From contig NC_043000.1 of the NCBI RefSeq assembly GCF_006345805.1, forward strand, positions 69,192,001 through 69,256,000: a stretch of DNA of 64,000 nucleotides, read 5' to 3'. This document shows positions 25,038 to 38,344 of this stretch, piece by piece. The notes beneath the pieces were generated by a model. The model was not told the origin of the DNA, made no database searches, and worked only from the letters and a program-made list of their open reading frames with translations. Position 1 is the first letter of the stretch; the number at the start of each line of letters is the position of its first letter. Origin of the DNA: Octopus sinensis (Eukaryota). The position numbers and the translations under genes were made by a program.

Positions 25038-25840
25038 TCGCCTTCCTTCTTGACTATTCGCGGGTCAAAAGGGCATGAAACGTCAACTATATAGCATATG
25101 TGGTGCACCTTGTCTACAACCACTAGGTCCGGTCTGTTATGATGTAGCACCTGATCTGTTTGGATTGGGAAATCCTAGAGGAGTTTGTAAGTCTCCGACC
25201 CTGCCACTCCCTGCGGTTTGTTCTCATATCACGTCTTGCCTCACTCTCTAGCTCCCACTTTTCGCACAGTTTCCAATGTAGCACTTTCGCTGCCTGGTCG
25301 TGTCGCCACAACTTGTAGTAGTTTGGAGCAAGTTTAGGGCATTCGTTCGGTATATGAGCAATGGTTTCATTCACTGTATTGCAGATGCGGCACAGCTCAT
25401 TCGTGAGGTTGACCCTCCAGTTCGTGACCAGAGCTTGGTCCTGCCCTGCGCTGCTAGTTCAGGGCTCTCGGTCTCTTTGCCTAGGGTTCCTTTCATCAGC
25501 CAATCCCACCTACTTTTTACAGCAACTTTTGTTGTGGCTACATGGAATTCTTGCGTAATTTTTCTTCATATCCTTTTTTACTTCTTCCTTTTCTCTGCTT
25601 TCAATACTCCCTCGTTCCTAACTGTCACTACCAAGGTTTCTTTACTTTGGGCTAGGTATCTCATTAAGCACTTGAGTGCGATACGCACACAGTCTTCCAC
25701 ACTTATCAGTATCCTTCCTCCATTTGCTCGCTTCATGTATAGGAGAATATATATCGTGAGAACCAAAAATTATTGCTGTTATTGTGGTTGGTGTTTGTCG
25801 AGGTGTGTTAAAGTATCTCCTCTTGCTCCAACTGTTTAAG
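24640..25840 (-). mobile_element. R4/Dong LINE 3' part (CCHC knuckle and RLE), interrupted by a (TATC)n-containing insert at ~24870-25095; (TAA)n tail at 24555-24635
   Basis: [50 protein letters not shown] and LLGTARIIR. Confidence 0.85.
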
Positions 25841-26369
25841 GAATTTTTTGCCAAAGTGAATAAAATAGTTTTCCCAATTATTTACAGCTATGATATTCTT
25901 TCGAACTTGGAGTCTACCCCATATCGTTATTGACAAAAGGTCGGTGCTTTTTGTTTATAGTAATCTTATTTTCTCACTCTGTATACATTCAAGTTAAGAT
26001 GGTTTCTTTTTACAGACACGCCCCTAAAAAAAATTAAAATGTATAAGAAAAAGTATTAAGTTAATTGCGCAGGAAGACTTTAATCTTGAACATGAACAAA
26101 AAAGAAAATAATCATATTTCAATAACAAAAAATGGCCAACTCGAACACCTCAAGCGTTTGTCAACAACAACGTCTAGAGTCCACACTTCGCAAAATAAGA
26201 CATTTCCGTTTCGTTAGCGCCGTGAACGCTGAATATGTCTTTTCACAGAGTCTGAACTAACGTATAAACCATATACCACGGGAGACAGTGCTTCTCAACC
26301 TAACGATAACATATAAGAGCGAAGAATTAAAAAAAAATTTTTGTCATATTAAAAATGGAGAGGACTTTC

Positions 26370-27100
26370 AAAAGAGTGCAGAAAGAGATCCTAAAAGTTG
26401 TGTGGTAAAACTCCTCTCAATTGGTAGAGCTCACGGGATGATCTGCGTGGTTTGAAACCGAAAAGTCGGAGATGTTGAGGTACACACAGATCCGTAGTAT
26501 GCAAGACAAAGGAAATAATAGAATAGCATTCAGGCAAGTAGGCAACGATATATACCTCCTTCCGGATTGTTGTTACCTTTGTATTGCTGTAGAAGTGAAT
26601 GTCTGCACAGAAGTGAGGATGTGAAATATATGATAAGAAGGAGTCAAAATGGACTTGAAAGGTGTCACAATAGTCTTACCCGAAATCATGGGGTCATACT
26701 GGAACTGTATCCTACTGCGGTTGCAGAAGTGTAGCGCAGGGTCAAATGACTAGTTGTTACAGAAACATAAACTAAAAAACTGGCGAGGAGAGCACCAAAT
26801 CAGCAACAGGCTTCATTCTCTTGAGCATGGTAGAAGTCTCGTAAACCTGGTCTCGAAAACCAGTGATTAGTCTCCCCATAACTCTACGATATGTAACTCA
26901 ACTCCATCATCTTGGGACGATGGAGTAGCGCTGCTGAACAAAACTTTCAAAGTATCGGACAGGGTGTGAAGTGTTAAAACATGAAAAAGACACCTAGGAA
27001 AGCAGCGAACCCAACCAAAGCGACCAAAAAGGGTGAAAAGTGGTCCCTCCGAAGGATACCATCATGGATTTTATGAGCATACGGTTGGATAAATTAGAGC
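26370..27100 (-). mobile_element. Degraded CR1/L2-type LINE RT/3' region
   Basis: Weak residual motifs (xDD near 26910, post-RT C-terminal pattern); many stops. Confidence 0.4.
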
Positions 27101-27567
27101 CGAGGAACACGCTGACACGCTAGTATAACTAGCGTCGTAATGTGTTCCTCCGCTTTAATAAGTCTGAAGATGAATTTTTTTTCAGATGACGTCTTTTTAG
27201 ACTTGAAGAAATATAAACATTCGCAAGACAGACTATTAATGATGATCTCCCAAGAGTGCTATTAACTTTTAAAAGAATATGTATCACGAGCACGTTTGAA
27301 TTTTCCCACGCCGCTCAAACATCAAAATGTCAATGGGCATTTTGCGATTCACCGGAGTCTAATACGATTAGTGACAGAAAGGCAGCGGTGTGAGTTACTT
27401 TGAGGAAGAGTATGTGATTAGCTTTTTTTTACATTATACATTGTTTAATTATTGAGAGCTTTATAAATATGTTTTTTAAAATCGTCTCTGGCATTATTGT
27501 ATAGTTTTATAAATTTCTGACTTTCATAAATTTCCTACATATGACATCGTCGCCTTTCTCATTTTTA

Positions 27568-27690
27568 TACGAAGTGCATACAAAAAGTATCCGAATTTAT
27601 TTTTTCTCGCAAAAACTAATACTGCGCGAGAAAAAATGCTTTGAGGGGGAAGTTTTGCCACCATTTCTGCGCATGCATGAAAAATTTTGC
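27568..27690 (+). mobile_element. Mariner-type terminal fragment
   Basis: TA followed by CGAAGTGCATACAAAAAGTATCCGAA resembles the TIR of the mariner at 45521; no partner TIR found. Confidence 0.45.
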
Positions 27691-28594
27691 GTCGGTATTC
27701 CAATAGCTGTAAACAAGCCATTTATATCTTTGCAGAAGCACACATTCTCACTTATGTCAAAGTGGTGCCTCCCGTATACTGTTAATCTACGGTCCTTCCC
27801 CAAGAGATTCCATTCATTCAGCCTGGATGCTAAAAGCTTAGTTCCTGACTTAGTGAGACCCAATTTTATATGCTACATGCTTTCTTCCAACATAGTATCC
27901 ACACACATAAAATATATCTGGTGAATTTCTGCATCCTCTTGTAGCCATGGTCAGAAAAATTCAATGTTTACTACAATAAAAACCTGAAAAAGAAAGAAAT
28001 GTGACAAATGTACAGTACTCGTGATCAGTGATCAAAAGAGCATAGCCCTAAAGCCAAATGGAACGCCAGGCAAAAGATGGAAGGATGAGAGACAAAAGCG
28101 CAACACTTCCTTTCATTACCTATGGTTGCCAAGAGAGCACTGAAGCGTCTATATTGAGTCTGTTGAGTGTAACAGAAGGAGGTGACGACACTGTCTTTTC
28201 ACTTAAAGCTATCAGTACTTTTATACGAATAATGGAGGTAAAATATAAACTTTAGGAATGAATGATTTATTAGAAGAGCAGAAAAATTTTTTACAGCAAA
28301 AATTCCGTCATGCAACAATCTGTGATCAAGTGATGTTAGAGCCTGTTTACACAGGCAGTTGTCAGATGTATGATGATATATGTAGATTTTGACATGTGAT
28401 GTATGACGATATGTATGATGTATGATGATATGGGATGTATGACATGTATATTTTTGCATAATTCGATATATCTCGTAAACGGTCGATGGTAGAGAAAAAG
28501 TAAACACATTTTTGGAATCAGCGTAAAATTCTGCATTAAAATCACTAAAAAAAATAAGACAACCAAAATGTTTTTGTAAATTTGTAACCCAGTG
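27690..28594 (-). mobile_element. Internally deleted Chapaev3-like (CMC superfamily) DNA transposon
   Basis: Minus strand begins CACTGGG. MATRGCRNSPDIF-YVCGY (N-terminal Zn motif) is joined by a deletion to GLTK...LLASRLNEWNLL...CFCKDINGLF. Confidence 0.6.
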
Positions 28595-28747
28595 TTATAA
28601 GCTTTGGATGTTAACTTATCGAGGAAGATACTCATCTCCCAAGCACCAATCTCAAAATCCTAGGTGTCCTCAATAGAGCAGGTTCTTGGGTCTGCTTTAC
28701 CCTTATGTCAATTCCAATTTTCTGACATTATTATTATTATCATCATC

Positions 28748-29530
28748 GGTGGCAGTTCCACTCTAGCGTTCTATAGAGGGTTAGTGCAGGAAAAGTGCGA
28801 CGACGTTCTCAGGGAAACTCTAGGCATCAACGATGACCAACTAAGCAGTCTGTTTGGGAGAACTTTCGGACCGGGGCCCATGTATAACTTCCAAAAGTCC
28901 TTCGCCTGGCAGTGCTACCGAAGGGCACTGCCTGTTCGGGATAAACTTTACAGGCACGGAATTGCCGTCAGCCGGGCCTGCCCGAGGTGCGCTCAGCGCA
29001 ACGAAACCGTTCTGCACGCACTCATCAAGTGCCCAAGTATTTCTGACCTGTGGCTTTATGTCGACCAGCTGCTTTCGCGTGTAGGACGGATCCGGCTATC
29101 AGTTGAATCCATAGTGACGATTGCCCTGCCGACCTCCTTTAAACGGAAGGAGAAGGTAATTTTCATTTGTCTGATGGCTGTAGTGAAAGACGTGGTATGG
29201 TGGACCCGTTTGAAAGGGCTAAAGTCAGACACTTTTCTCTTTCGCCAAGGCCTCATCAATTTTTTCAAATTCCACTTGAAAAGGAAGGTGAAAGTAGAGA
29301 GGAGAGTGTTGTCGTGTAGCAAATTTGTTGAAAGGTAGGTGAATGTCAGAAGAATGGCACCCGCGGCTTTAATGGGTTTTTTTCCACGAGTAACCTTCAA
29401 ACGCCTCCCCTATTGGGAGTTTTTTTACTTGTTATAATTTTGTTATCAAATGTTTACCTTTTTTTCTTGCAAAACCCTTTGTATATCGTTTCTGTAGTGT
29501 CCTTTCAGGTTTGTGGGGAAAAAAAAGAAT
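28748..29530 (+). mobile_element. Tx1/L1-clade LINE, 5'-truncated 3' end
   Basis: Open 197-codon C-terminus with ALPVRDKL and CPRC...ETVLHALIKC, then a T-rich 3' UTR and A-rich tail; homologous to 32790-33387. Confidence 0.9.
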
Positions 29531-29879
29531 TAATTATTATTATTATAATAATTAATGGATTTCAAAGAGGAAGGAAGTCTGTTCGTGAGCTGTAAGTTTT
29601 TGTTCAATTTTTACAGATAATATTGTTGTATCTGAAAAATTTTTACGATATTTCTGTGGCCAGGGCAACTGGGCTCTTGCTGAGCTGAGTGGTTAGGCGG
29701 GAATTTAATCTTTTGGGGCGAAATTTCAATTTAAATTCTGTATTTCTTTTTTCATTTTGCAGTTTTAAAATTTGCAAATTGTTTTTGGAGAAGAGTGTCA
29801 ACTCTTCCTTTCTTTTTGACTTCCCCTCCTCTGCTGTCGGAAAATAGCCAAAAAAGTTAAAAAAATTAATTGTCTCTGC

Positions 29880-32800
29880 CCTCTCCGTGCCTTAAAAGAC
29901 AGAGAGGGATGACCAAAGTCTTTCTAGAACGTGCAACACTGAATAACAGAAGGGAAAAGAAGAAAAGAAATGCGAGAAAGAAGAGGAAAAGAGCTAGGAA
30001 ATTCAGTTCAGCTAATGGACGCTGATAGTGTCGCAACACCTGTGAATCCAAGCCCTCCCACTACCACCACTAACACTAACACTAACACATTGAACACTCA
30101 ACAACAACAACAACAACAACAACAACCCAATGCATTAAACAGCCGAGGTTTAGCTTCAATGGCTAAACCTAGAAATGAATTCATTAATATTTCTGTAGAA
30201 TCTCTCAAACACTACAGAAACATGTTAAAAAGATAAAGCGAAAGATGTGTTTCGATAAACACACCTCCAGATATTATAGACAATGCAAACAAACGTACCA
30301 TAGTGTACAAAACTATATCTTAAAAGAAAAATCGTTTAGAAACTGCCACAAAGCAGGCAGTTGAAAAATGCTTGCAAGCCATTTGGAAAGACGTAACATA
30401 TCTGTCGAGAGGTAATAAATATGGCACAGCTGAAGTCAGATTTGCTACAGAAGACGTAGCAAAACAGCACTTAACAGCCCAGCTGAGAAACAGTGAACTT
30501 GTCCTAGTTCCAACTTACTTGAGACGGTGTGTCGTCGCCAAGATAAAAATACTGGAGATACCACCAGAAATGAACGCTTGCTGGATTGTCGTAACCTCGA
30601 CTTGGAAGATAAAATCAGAATCACCCAAGTCGAGAAACAAGGAAAAAACAACTGGACTGCTCAGGAATTGCAAATAATGGTTCAAATGAACCAAGACATT
30701 TTGGAACAAATTCCCGACCAACTCAACCTTTAAGATGGCACTATGCTGGATGTCACAGTGAGGGCAGAAGGCTAAGATGTTATCAATGCGAACAGAATAA
30801 CCACCTGAAAGCCTTCTGTCCACAACTAAAACAGAAGGAGGGCACTACCCCTTTGATAAAGCAACATCCACGCCACAACAACTAAAGCAACCCCAACTAC
30901 AAAAGCAACCCTCACAACAAAAGTAAACTCAATAAGAGAAGAAATCCCACGGAAAGTAAGCAGAGAGAGCTCCAGAAAGCACACGAAGACGACGACGACG
31001 ACGACGACCACCACCACCACCACCACCACCACCACCACCACCACAACCACCACCACCACCACCACAACCACCATCACTACCACCAACAACAACAACAACA
31101 ACTGCACGAGATATAATAACGCCAACAACAACAGAGGCGCTGACCACAATCACCACCACAGCGCCTACAAAAATACCATCAACGCAGCTCTTGCCAGAGG
31201 AACAATAAACATCAGCAAATTTCGACCCACTGGAACTACCCCTTTCTCGAACCTGACCACAATCACCACCACAGCGCCTACAAAAACACCATCAACGCAG
31301 CTCTTGCCAGAGGAACAATAAACAGCAAATTTCGACCCACTGGAACTACCCCTTTCTCGAACCTGACCACAATCACCACCACAGCGCCTACAAAAACACC
31401 ATCAACGCAGCTCTTGCCAGAGGAACAATAAACATCAGCAAATTTCGACCCACTGGAACTACCCCTTTCTCGAACCTGACCACTCAGACATGCAGAGAGG
31501 CCGACAGAATTAAGTGGATAGAATTCACACGTAAAAGACTAAGAAAGAAAGGCACAACAGTACATCGATAATAACAAAAACACCACAAAACTCACAGCCA
31601 TAAACACAGACAGTTGGCGCTCGTCTCGTCATGGAGAAACTGGTTGGAGGCGCGCAAACATGCGCCACTCCAAACAGATCCATCCACGCCAACCTCCACC
31701 TCATGGGCTACATCGTGGATACGGTAGTTAAGAAACCTGGCATGGGTGGGACTTTGATCAATTTAGATCAGTCAAAAGTCTTTGATAGGGTTGACCATCA
31801 ATATCTGGCAGGTGTTCTCACGGCAGCCGGTTTCTGTCCGGTTTTCTGCGGTTGGATCGCTGCCATGTACAGCGACATTTGCTCGGTAGTCCGGGTGAGT
31901 GGTCCCCTACGGAACCATTCAACATTATGCGTTCGGTCCGTAAAGGGCGCCCCCTCTCGTCCCTTCTGTATGTACTGCCCCTCGAGCCATTACTTCGGAA
32001 ACTGGAGACGTTTAGAGCATCTCGCAGGAACTAAGATGTGGGAGAGTTGTGTTGGCAAACGCAGTCATAGTGTCGGATGACAAGCATATAGATCTGGTCA
32101 GCACTATTGTGAAAGAGTATGAGTAAGTAACGAGAGCAAAGATTAATCCGGAAAAATCGGTGGGCCTGCAGCTAGCCACCTGGAAAGGCAGATCCATGAC
32201 GAACGACAGCGTTGTAGGACGATGGACGGTCGGGCTCGTAAAATTGCTCGGGGTCTGGTTCAGACCAGACCTCCAGCTGGAGAAGAACTGAAGCGAGGTG
32301 ACGAGCAGAGTAGCCAGTCTCACCCAGAAATGGGCCGAGAGGAAGCTACCTTTGAAAGGTGGGGCAGAGGTGGTGAACACATACGTCGCTTCAGTCATTT
32401 ACTACCGCCTACCGTCGTGCCTTGCCCTAGTTCGTACCAGCTCAAGCTGGAGCGTTTGTTTTTCCGCTTCTCATAGAAGGGACGGACTCCACTGGTCAGG
32501 CGCTCCATTTGCTCTCAATACCCTACGAAGGGTGGGCTGCGTATGTTGTGGCTATTGATGCGCAGACATGCGCTGAGGCTGCAGCACATCCAACGTTTCC
32601 TCGACAAAGGTGAGCAAGTCTGGTCGCCGTTTGTCAGACTCGCTTTCCCGCAGCTCGTCTCTTTGAGTGAGTTGCAATCTTGGATCAAGCATAGACCGAA
32701 GCTGGGCGTCTGGCACCTTCAGTATCGTCAGGCGCTCACGCTCCTCAGGCAGTCGGGCAATGCGGTTAGTGGAAGTTCTACTATGACGTTGTATAGAGGG

Positions 32801-33600
32801 TTAGTGGAAAAAGGAAACGTCGACGTTCTTGGGGAAACTTTAGGCGTCGATGAATTCCAACTCGTCAATCTGTTCCGGAGGACTTTCGGATAACTTCCAG
32901 AAATCCCTGGCCTGACAGTGCTACAGCGGGGCTTTGCCTGTTGAGATAAACTCTACAGGCATGGAAATGCCGTCAGTTGGACCTGTCCAAGATGTGTACA
33001 GAGTGACGAAACCGTTCTGCACGCACTCATCCAGTGTCCGAGCATATCTGATATATGGGTTTATGTCGAACACCTGCTGTCACGTGTAGGACGTGTCCGC
33101 TTGTCGGCTGATTCCATCATGAAGACTGCCCCGTCGCCTTCCTTTAGCCGACTTTCATCTGTCATATGGCTGTAGCGAAAGAGTTTGTGTGGTGGTCTAG
33201 ACTGAAAGGCCTGAAGACAAATACTTTTCTTTCTGGCCTAGCCCGCATCAACTTTTTCAGATACCATCTGAAGAAGAAAGTGAGGGTTGAGAGAGAAGTG
33301 CTGGCATCCAGCAATTTTGTTAAAAGGTGGGTAAATGTGGTGAAGATGATCCGTGTCAATGGGCCTACTTTGAGCATGCGCTTTTGAGGTTCCAAGGCTG
33401 AGAGAGAGAGAAAGAGAGAGAGAGAGAGGGAGAAAGATGGGGAAAGGGCTGTTACCCTAGTGGTCGCGGCGCATGTGCATTTTTCGTGGGGTTTCTATAA
33501 GTAGGTCAGTGTTACTTGCCCCTTTTAGGCATTTTCTTTGTTATATTTTTCATTGTTATTGACTTTTTACACGTCACTTTATGTAAACCCACTTTGAAGA
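29880..33600 (+). mobile_element. Tx1/L1-clade LINE: ORF1 with CCHC knuckle, endonuclease and RT N-terminus deleted, decayed RT and C-terminal Zn domain
   Basis: ORF1 CYQCEQNNHLKAFC (~30780); RT QTCA..NRSIH, LDQSKVFDRVDH and G.PLS.LLY; ends ...NGPTLSMRF* at 33387. Confidence 0.9.
31140..31483 (+). repeat. Three tandem copies (113/110/113 bp) inside Tx1 ORF1, bounded by CTGACCAC microhomology
   Basis: Units start at 31140, 31253 and 31363; terminal CTGACCAC at 31476. Confidence 0.95.
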
Positions 33601-34070
33601 ATAGGTTCTTCATTTGTACACATATCAGTTTTGTTGTGAGTTGAAATGTTGTACCTGGTGTTATACTTGCGTATCGCCTATTAAGTAGAGTATATGCAGA
33701 ATAATTTATGTTATTTTCTTAGGTGGTGTTTCGCGTGTTCTATGTAATTTCCGTTAAGTGTTTTAGTGCCAAGCTGTAATATAGAATATGTGGTGTGTTA
33801 TGGGTAGCAGAAGTGTAGAGTATTAGTTATGTGAATTGTGATAGTGTCGAGTATCTGCTATGTAGTTTTAACTGGGGCTGATCATGAGTTGCATGAATTA
33901 AGCTATTAAAATGAATGACGACCATATAGAGTAAGTGCTGTGTGCAGTGAATGTACTGTTGAGATGGGCTACTGAATATAAAATGTCCAGCGTAGGATGT
34001 AAAATGTGCATAACAAGGTTATTTTTGGATGGTATGTAACTTTGTGAGCCTAGTGTGTTCATGTTGTTTT
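33590..34070 (-). mobile_element. Possible Penelope-like coding remnant
   Basis: Weak: C-terminal KTDMCTNEEPIL resembles the C..C..EK..IL end of these elements. Confidence 0.3.
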
Positions 34071-34104
34071 AATCATACTCCAGATATTACTGTTACTTGT
34101 TTTT

Positions 34105-34310
34105 AAGGCGATGAGCTGGCATAGTCATGACTGCACCGGAAAGAATGCTTATTCTTCCGACCCATTATATTCTGAGTTCAAATTCCGTCGACTTTGCTTT
34201 TTATCCTTTTGGGTCGATAAAATAAGTAGCTATTGAATTCCAGAGTCGATGTAATCGACTAACCTCCTTCCCAAAAGTGGTGGCCTTGTGCCAAAATTTA
34301 AATCCATTAT
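34105..34310 (+). mobile_element. SINE family B
   Basis: GGCGATGAGCTGGCA head and GAGTTCAAATTCCG B box. Confidence 0.85.
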
Positions 34311-34779
34311 TGTGAGAGTTTTTACTTGCGTGATCTATCTCAGTTTCAAAATTATTGTATTTTTATAGTTTCTTCACCTCTTTTCAAGAAAATGGTCAGA
34401 AAATGTTTGTAAATGTTCAGATATTCGTTCCAGTTCCAAATATCTCAGGGATAGTGAACCTCTTAAGTCGGTTTCTTGAATTTTTTATCGTTAAATATGT
34501 CATTGATTCAACAAATAATTATTTTCTTTAATGAGCATGTTTTTGGAGTGTGACATGTATAAATTTCTTTTAGTGTTAGGAAAATGATTATATGAAGTGT
34601 CTCATTTTCTTATGTATTCATAAAACTATAATGTTTAATAAAATATAACTTGCGATTTTAAAATCTACTTATAAAATGAGAATATTAGAAATGAAAATAA
34701 AAAAGTCAGTTTAATATTAATAGCTTTTTTGGTATTGATTCTAAAAGACAATTTATGAGAGGTGTATAGAGTGTACATT

Positions 34780-35720
34780 TAATACTATGTGCTTTGACAA
34801 CCCTTAAGCCATCACATATTCTATTTCACTTCGTTTTCATGATTTTAAATAGTATTTAATGTTGAGAGCAATGTTTCACATGAATACGCTGTTGAGAAAA
34901 TTTGTAAGAATGTTTCTGCAAGAATTTTCAAAGCATCAAAATTTTCGGAAATGCAATTTCACACTCTTATTAGTTACGTCATTAATGTATTATTGACGAT
35001 CACTTGTACATGTTCATGGTCAGCTCCTTCCAAATCAGCTCTAAATGTAATGAAGTGTTGCTTCCAAATAGAATTAGATTGAATTTTTCCCAATTTCTAA
35101 AGCTCTTAAATCCAACCACCCAAACGCAATTGATTTCAGGTCTGCGAAATCTGCTTCAAGATATTCTATAAATTGTATTGTTTTTTCTAACTCTGAATTG
35201 CACAAATCTAGAAAAAAACACCCTCTTCAGTAAACTATTTTGCACGTTGTTACGGCTGACATAAAAAAATTGCTTTAACTTTTTACAAGTAATTAACACT
35301 TTTAAAAGTCTTAATTATGTTGAAATATGCCGAGTTTACTTTCACAGCTCAGATTGAAGCCAAATCTCACTTCGGTAAATTTCCCTAAACGTTGTGATAT
35401 AATATTAAAAACCAATAAAAGCTTATTACTTATGTTCAAAATAGTTTGATTTCGTTTAAAAATTCATCGAACTACCCAAGTACTTGACCACGACTCAACC
35501 ATTATAAATCATTATGCAATTGTAAACTGATTCAACTTTATTTAAAATTAAAATTAAACCCTCCTTTATTTGAACCTCAAATTAACTTTCATTGTCACAA
35601 CTTCCATCACATCATCGAAATCTTTAAAGCCTAGAAACGAGGATTTATAGCAGTAAAGTGCTTTACAAAACAACGTTTTGGTTGATCATACTTGGGGCAC
35701 CAGCAATTGATTCTGTTTTA
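34780..35720 (-). pseudogene. hAT-superfamily (Buster/Charlie-like) transposase remnant
   Basis: WLSRGQVL (~35500) and IFSTAYSCETLLSTL (dimerisation domain, ~34880); many stops. Confidence 0.75.
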
Positions 35721-35769
35721 GCTTAGAGCTTTTGAGCAATTTGTAGCTTTCAATCTGACTTACATCTTT

Positions 35770-36176
35770 TCTCTCGACCCTGGTAGGTTATTGGTCATGG
35801 ACTAGTTTTATCCTCCATTTTTTCTTCAGTATATTTTGAAATTGCTTTCTGATTTTGTACTTTGCCTTTTTAATTCTTACTGTTGTTTTGTCTTTACATA
35901 AATCTTTCCTTTGGTGTAATTGGTTTTTAGTTTGTAATTAATCATTTCCTTATTGATAAAGAAAAGAATTTTTCTTTTCTTTGTTTTCTTATAATTATTA
36001 ACTTGCTTTTGTTTGTTTCTAAATACTTTTTTAATCACACTGTTGTTTCGTTGTAGGTTTTTTTTATTTATCTAAGGCCTCGCCTTTCTTGTGCACGAGG
36101 TAGGTAATACCGCTTTCTTTCTTTCTTCTTTCTTTCTTTCTTTTCCTTATATATATGTATGAATATATATATATAT

Positions 36177-36210
<34 letters not shown>

Positions 36211-36468
36211 ATATATATATAATATATATATAATATAATATATACATATATGATATAATATATATATATATAATATATATATATAGATATATATATATAT
36301 ATAATATATATATATATTATATATATAATATATATAATATATATATCTATATAATATATATATATATACATGATATATATATATATACATAATATATATA
36401 TATTATACATACATGCATGCATACATACATACATACATACACATACATACATACATACTTATATATAT

Positions 36469-36539
<71 letters not shown>

Positions 36540-37560
36540 GTGTGTGTGTGTGTGTGTGTATAAAATTTAGGGTGGCGCTGAAAGATTACTCTACTGGTTT
36601 TAATTATCTTTTCTTTTTGTAGTGATAGTTTTTTTTTTTCTGATTTGGCATGGCTGATGTATTTTGTTAATATTAGGGGTGCTTTGTTTATGTAGAATGT
36701 CATAACTCTCTAGGGGTGTGGAATGCTATCATATACTGTTTTAGTATTTGCTAAGATTTGTTTTTCTCTTTTTTTTTATTGCTCTTTACAATTATTCCAT
36801 TAACCTGTACCTGCTCTTTACAACTAAGCATCCTTCCGACACCATTCCTGTCTATCTAGTAAAATACTTGCTGTCTACTCGTCGTATATTACCGGCTTGT
36901 TATAAAGTAGGGCTGTAAGAGCTTTGTACATTGTTGGCAAGAGGGTTATAAGCCTACAGTTTCAGGGGTCTCTAGTATTTTTGTTTTTGGGGAATTAATG
37001 CTGTTTTCCTTTCCAGCAACTAATAAGGTATTGATTTTGGTTTGTGTACTGTTTCATTGAAAGCTGTTATGGTACCATGTACCCAAAACTGGAAACCCTG
37101 TCAATTCCAGTTTCTTTTCATTTGTATGCAGTCCTTAATGTTTTGGTATCTGTCAGATGATTATTTTCTTAGCTTCACATTCTCACACGCACCCAGTATG
37201 TGTCAATATCCGTTGGTGTTGGGTTAATTTCCAGCGTCATGGACTTTTTGTTAAAATCCATGTAAAATTTTTGATATTTAGTTGAAGTACTATGTTCTTG
37301 CGATTGAAGATTTTACTGATATATAATTATTTAAACACTACTTTGGCTACTAAATTATCATCTTTGGTGCACACTTTTTGTTATTTGGATCGTTTTTTTT
37401 GGCCTGTTCGATCTTTTCATTTCTATTTTGTTGAGTTAAGCTTGGTTTTTCTTCCTACATTCAATTTTAAGTATCATGTTTTCTTTCCATTTTTTTCAGG
37501 GTAAGATTTGGTCAAGTGTCTATTGGGATCAAGTCCAGCTTTCCTCAATACTACCACTGC
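35770..37560 (-). mobile_element. Old R4-type LINE fragment interrupted by an irregular (TA)n tract at 36150-36560
   Basis: Residual RT domain 0-2 similarity (GFWY, RP.T.L...YK.LT, GC) to the intact R4 copies. Confidence 0.55.
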
Positions 37561-37599
37561 TACTTCATAGATTCTATTATTCAATCTTTGTTAATATTT

Positions 37600-38275
37600 G
37601 GCGGTTTAAAGTGGGGAACTAGCAGAATTGTTACCACACCGGAAAATGGTTAGCGGCATTTCTTTCGACTTTACGCTCTGAGTTCATATGCCACTGAGGT
37701 CGACTTTGCCTGTCAACCTTTCGGAGTCAATAAAATAAATAACACTTGAACATTGGGGTAGATGTAATTGACTTATTCCCTCCCCTGAATTTTCTGGTCT
37801 TGTACCAAAATTTGAAACCGATATTTGGGCAGTTTGAAAGTCGTTGAAATGGCAAAACCATTAACACGCTGGACAAAATGCTTAGCAACATTTCGTCTGC
37901 CTTTACGTTATGAATTCAAATTCAGCCGAGGTCGACTTTGCCTTTCATTCTTTCGAGGTCGATAAAATAAACACCAGTTGAGCGCTGGGCGTCAATGCAA
38001 CAGATTATCTCCCTACAACCAAAATTTCTGGTCTTGCGTCGAAATTTGAAACCATTATTTTAGGCAATGAGCTGGCAGAATCGTTAGCATGCTGGGTAAA
38101 ATGCTTATCGGTATTTCGCCCGTCTTTACGTTCTTAGTTCAATTTCCGCCGAGGTCGACTTTGCCTTTCATCCTTTCGGGGTCGATAAATTAAGTGCCAG
38201 TTGAGTACTAGGGTCGATGTAATCGACTATCCCGTCCCCCAAACTTCAGGCCTTGTACCTATAGTAGAAAGGATT
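37600..38275 (+). mobile_element. Three head-to-tail SINE family B copies followed by a (TAT/TGT)n tract
   Basis: GAGGTCGACTTTGCCT recurs at ~37697, 37928 and 38151. Confidence 0.9.
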
Positions 38276-38312
38276 ATTATTATTATTATTGTTGTTGTTG
38301 TTGTTGTTGTTG

Positions 38313-38344
<32 letters not shown>

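Noticed and set aside
25040-25095. GAAACGTC hammerhead-like half
   Set aside because: No CUGANGA-like core upstream; only a TTGAC/GTCAA hairpin.
31140-31483. CRISPR-like periodicity (also the 33-bp array at 23345)
   Set aside because: No unique spacers, no cas genes, eukaryotic context.
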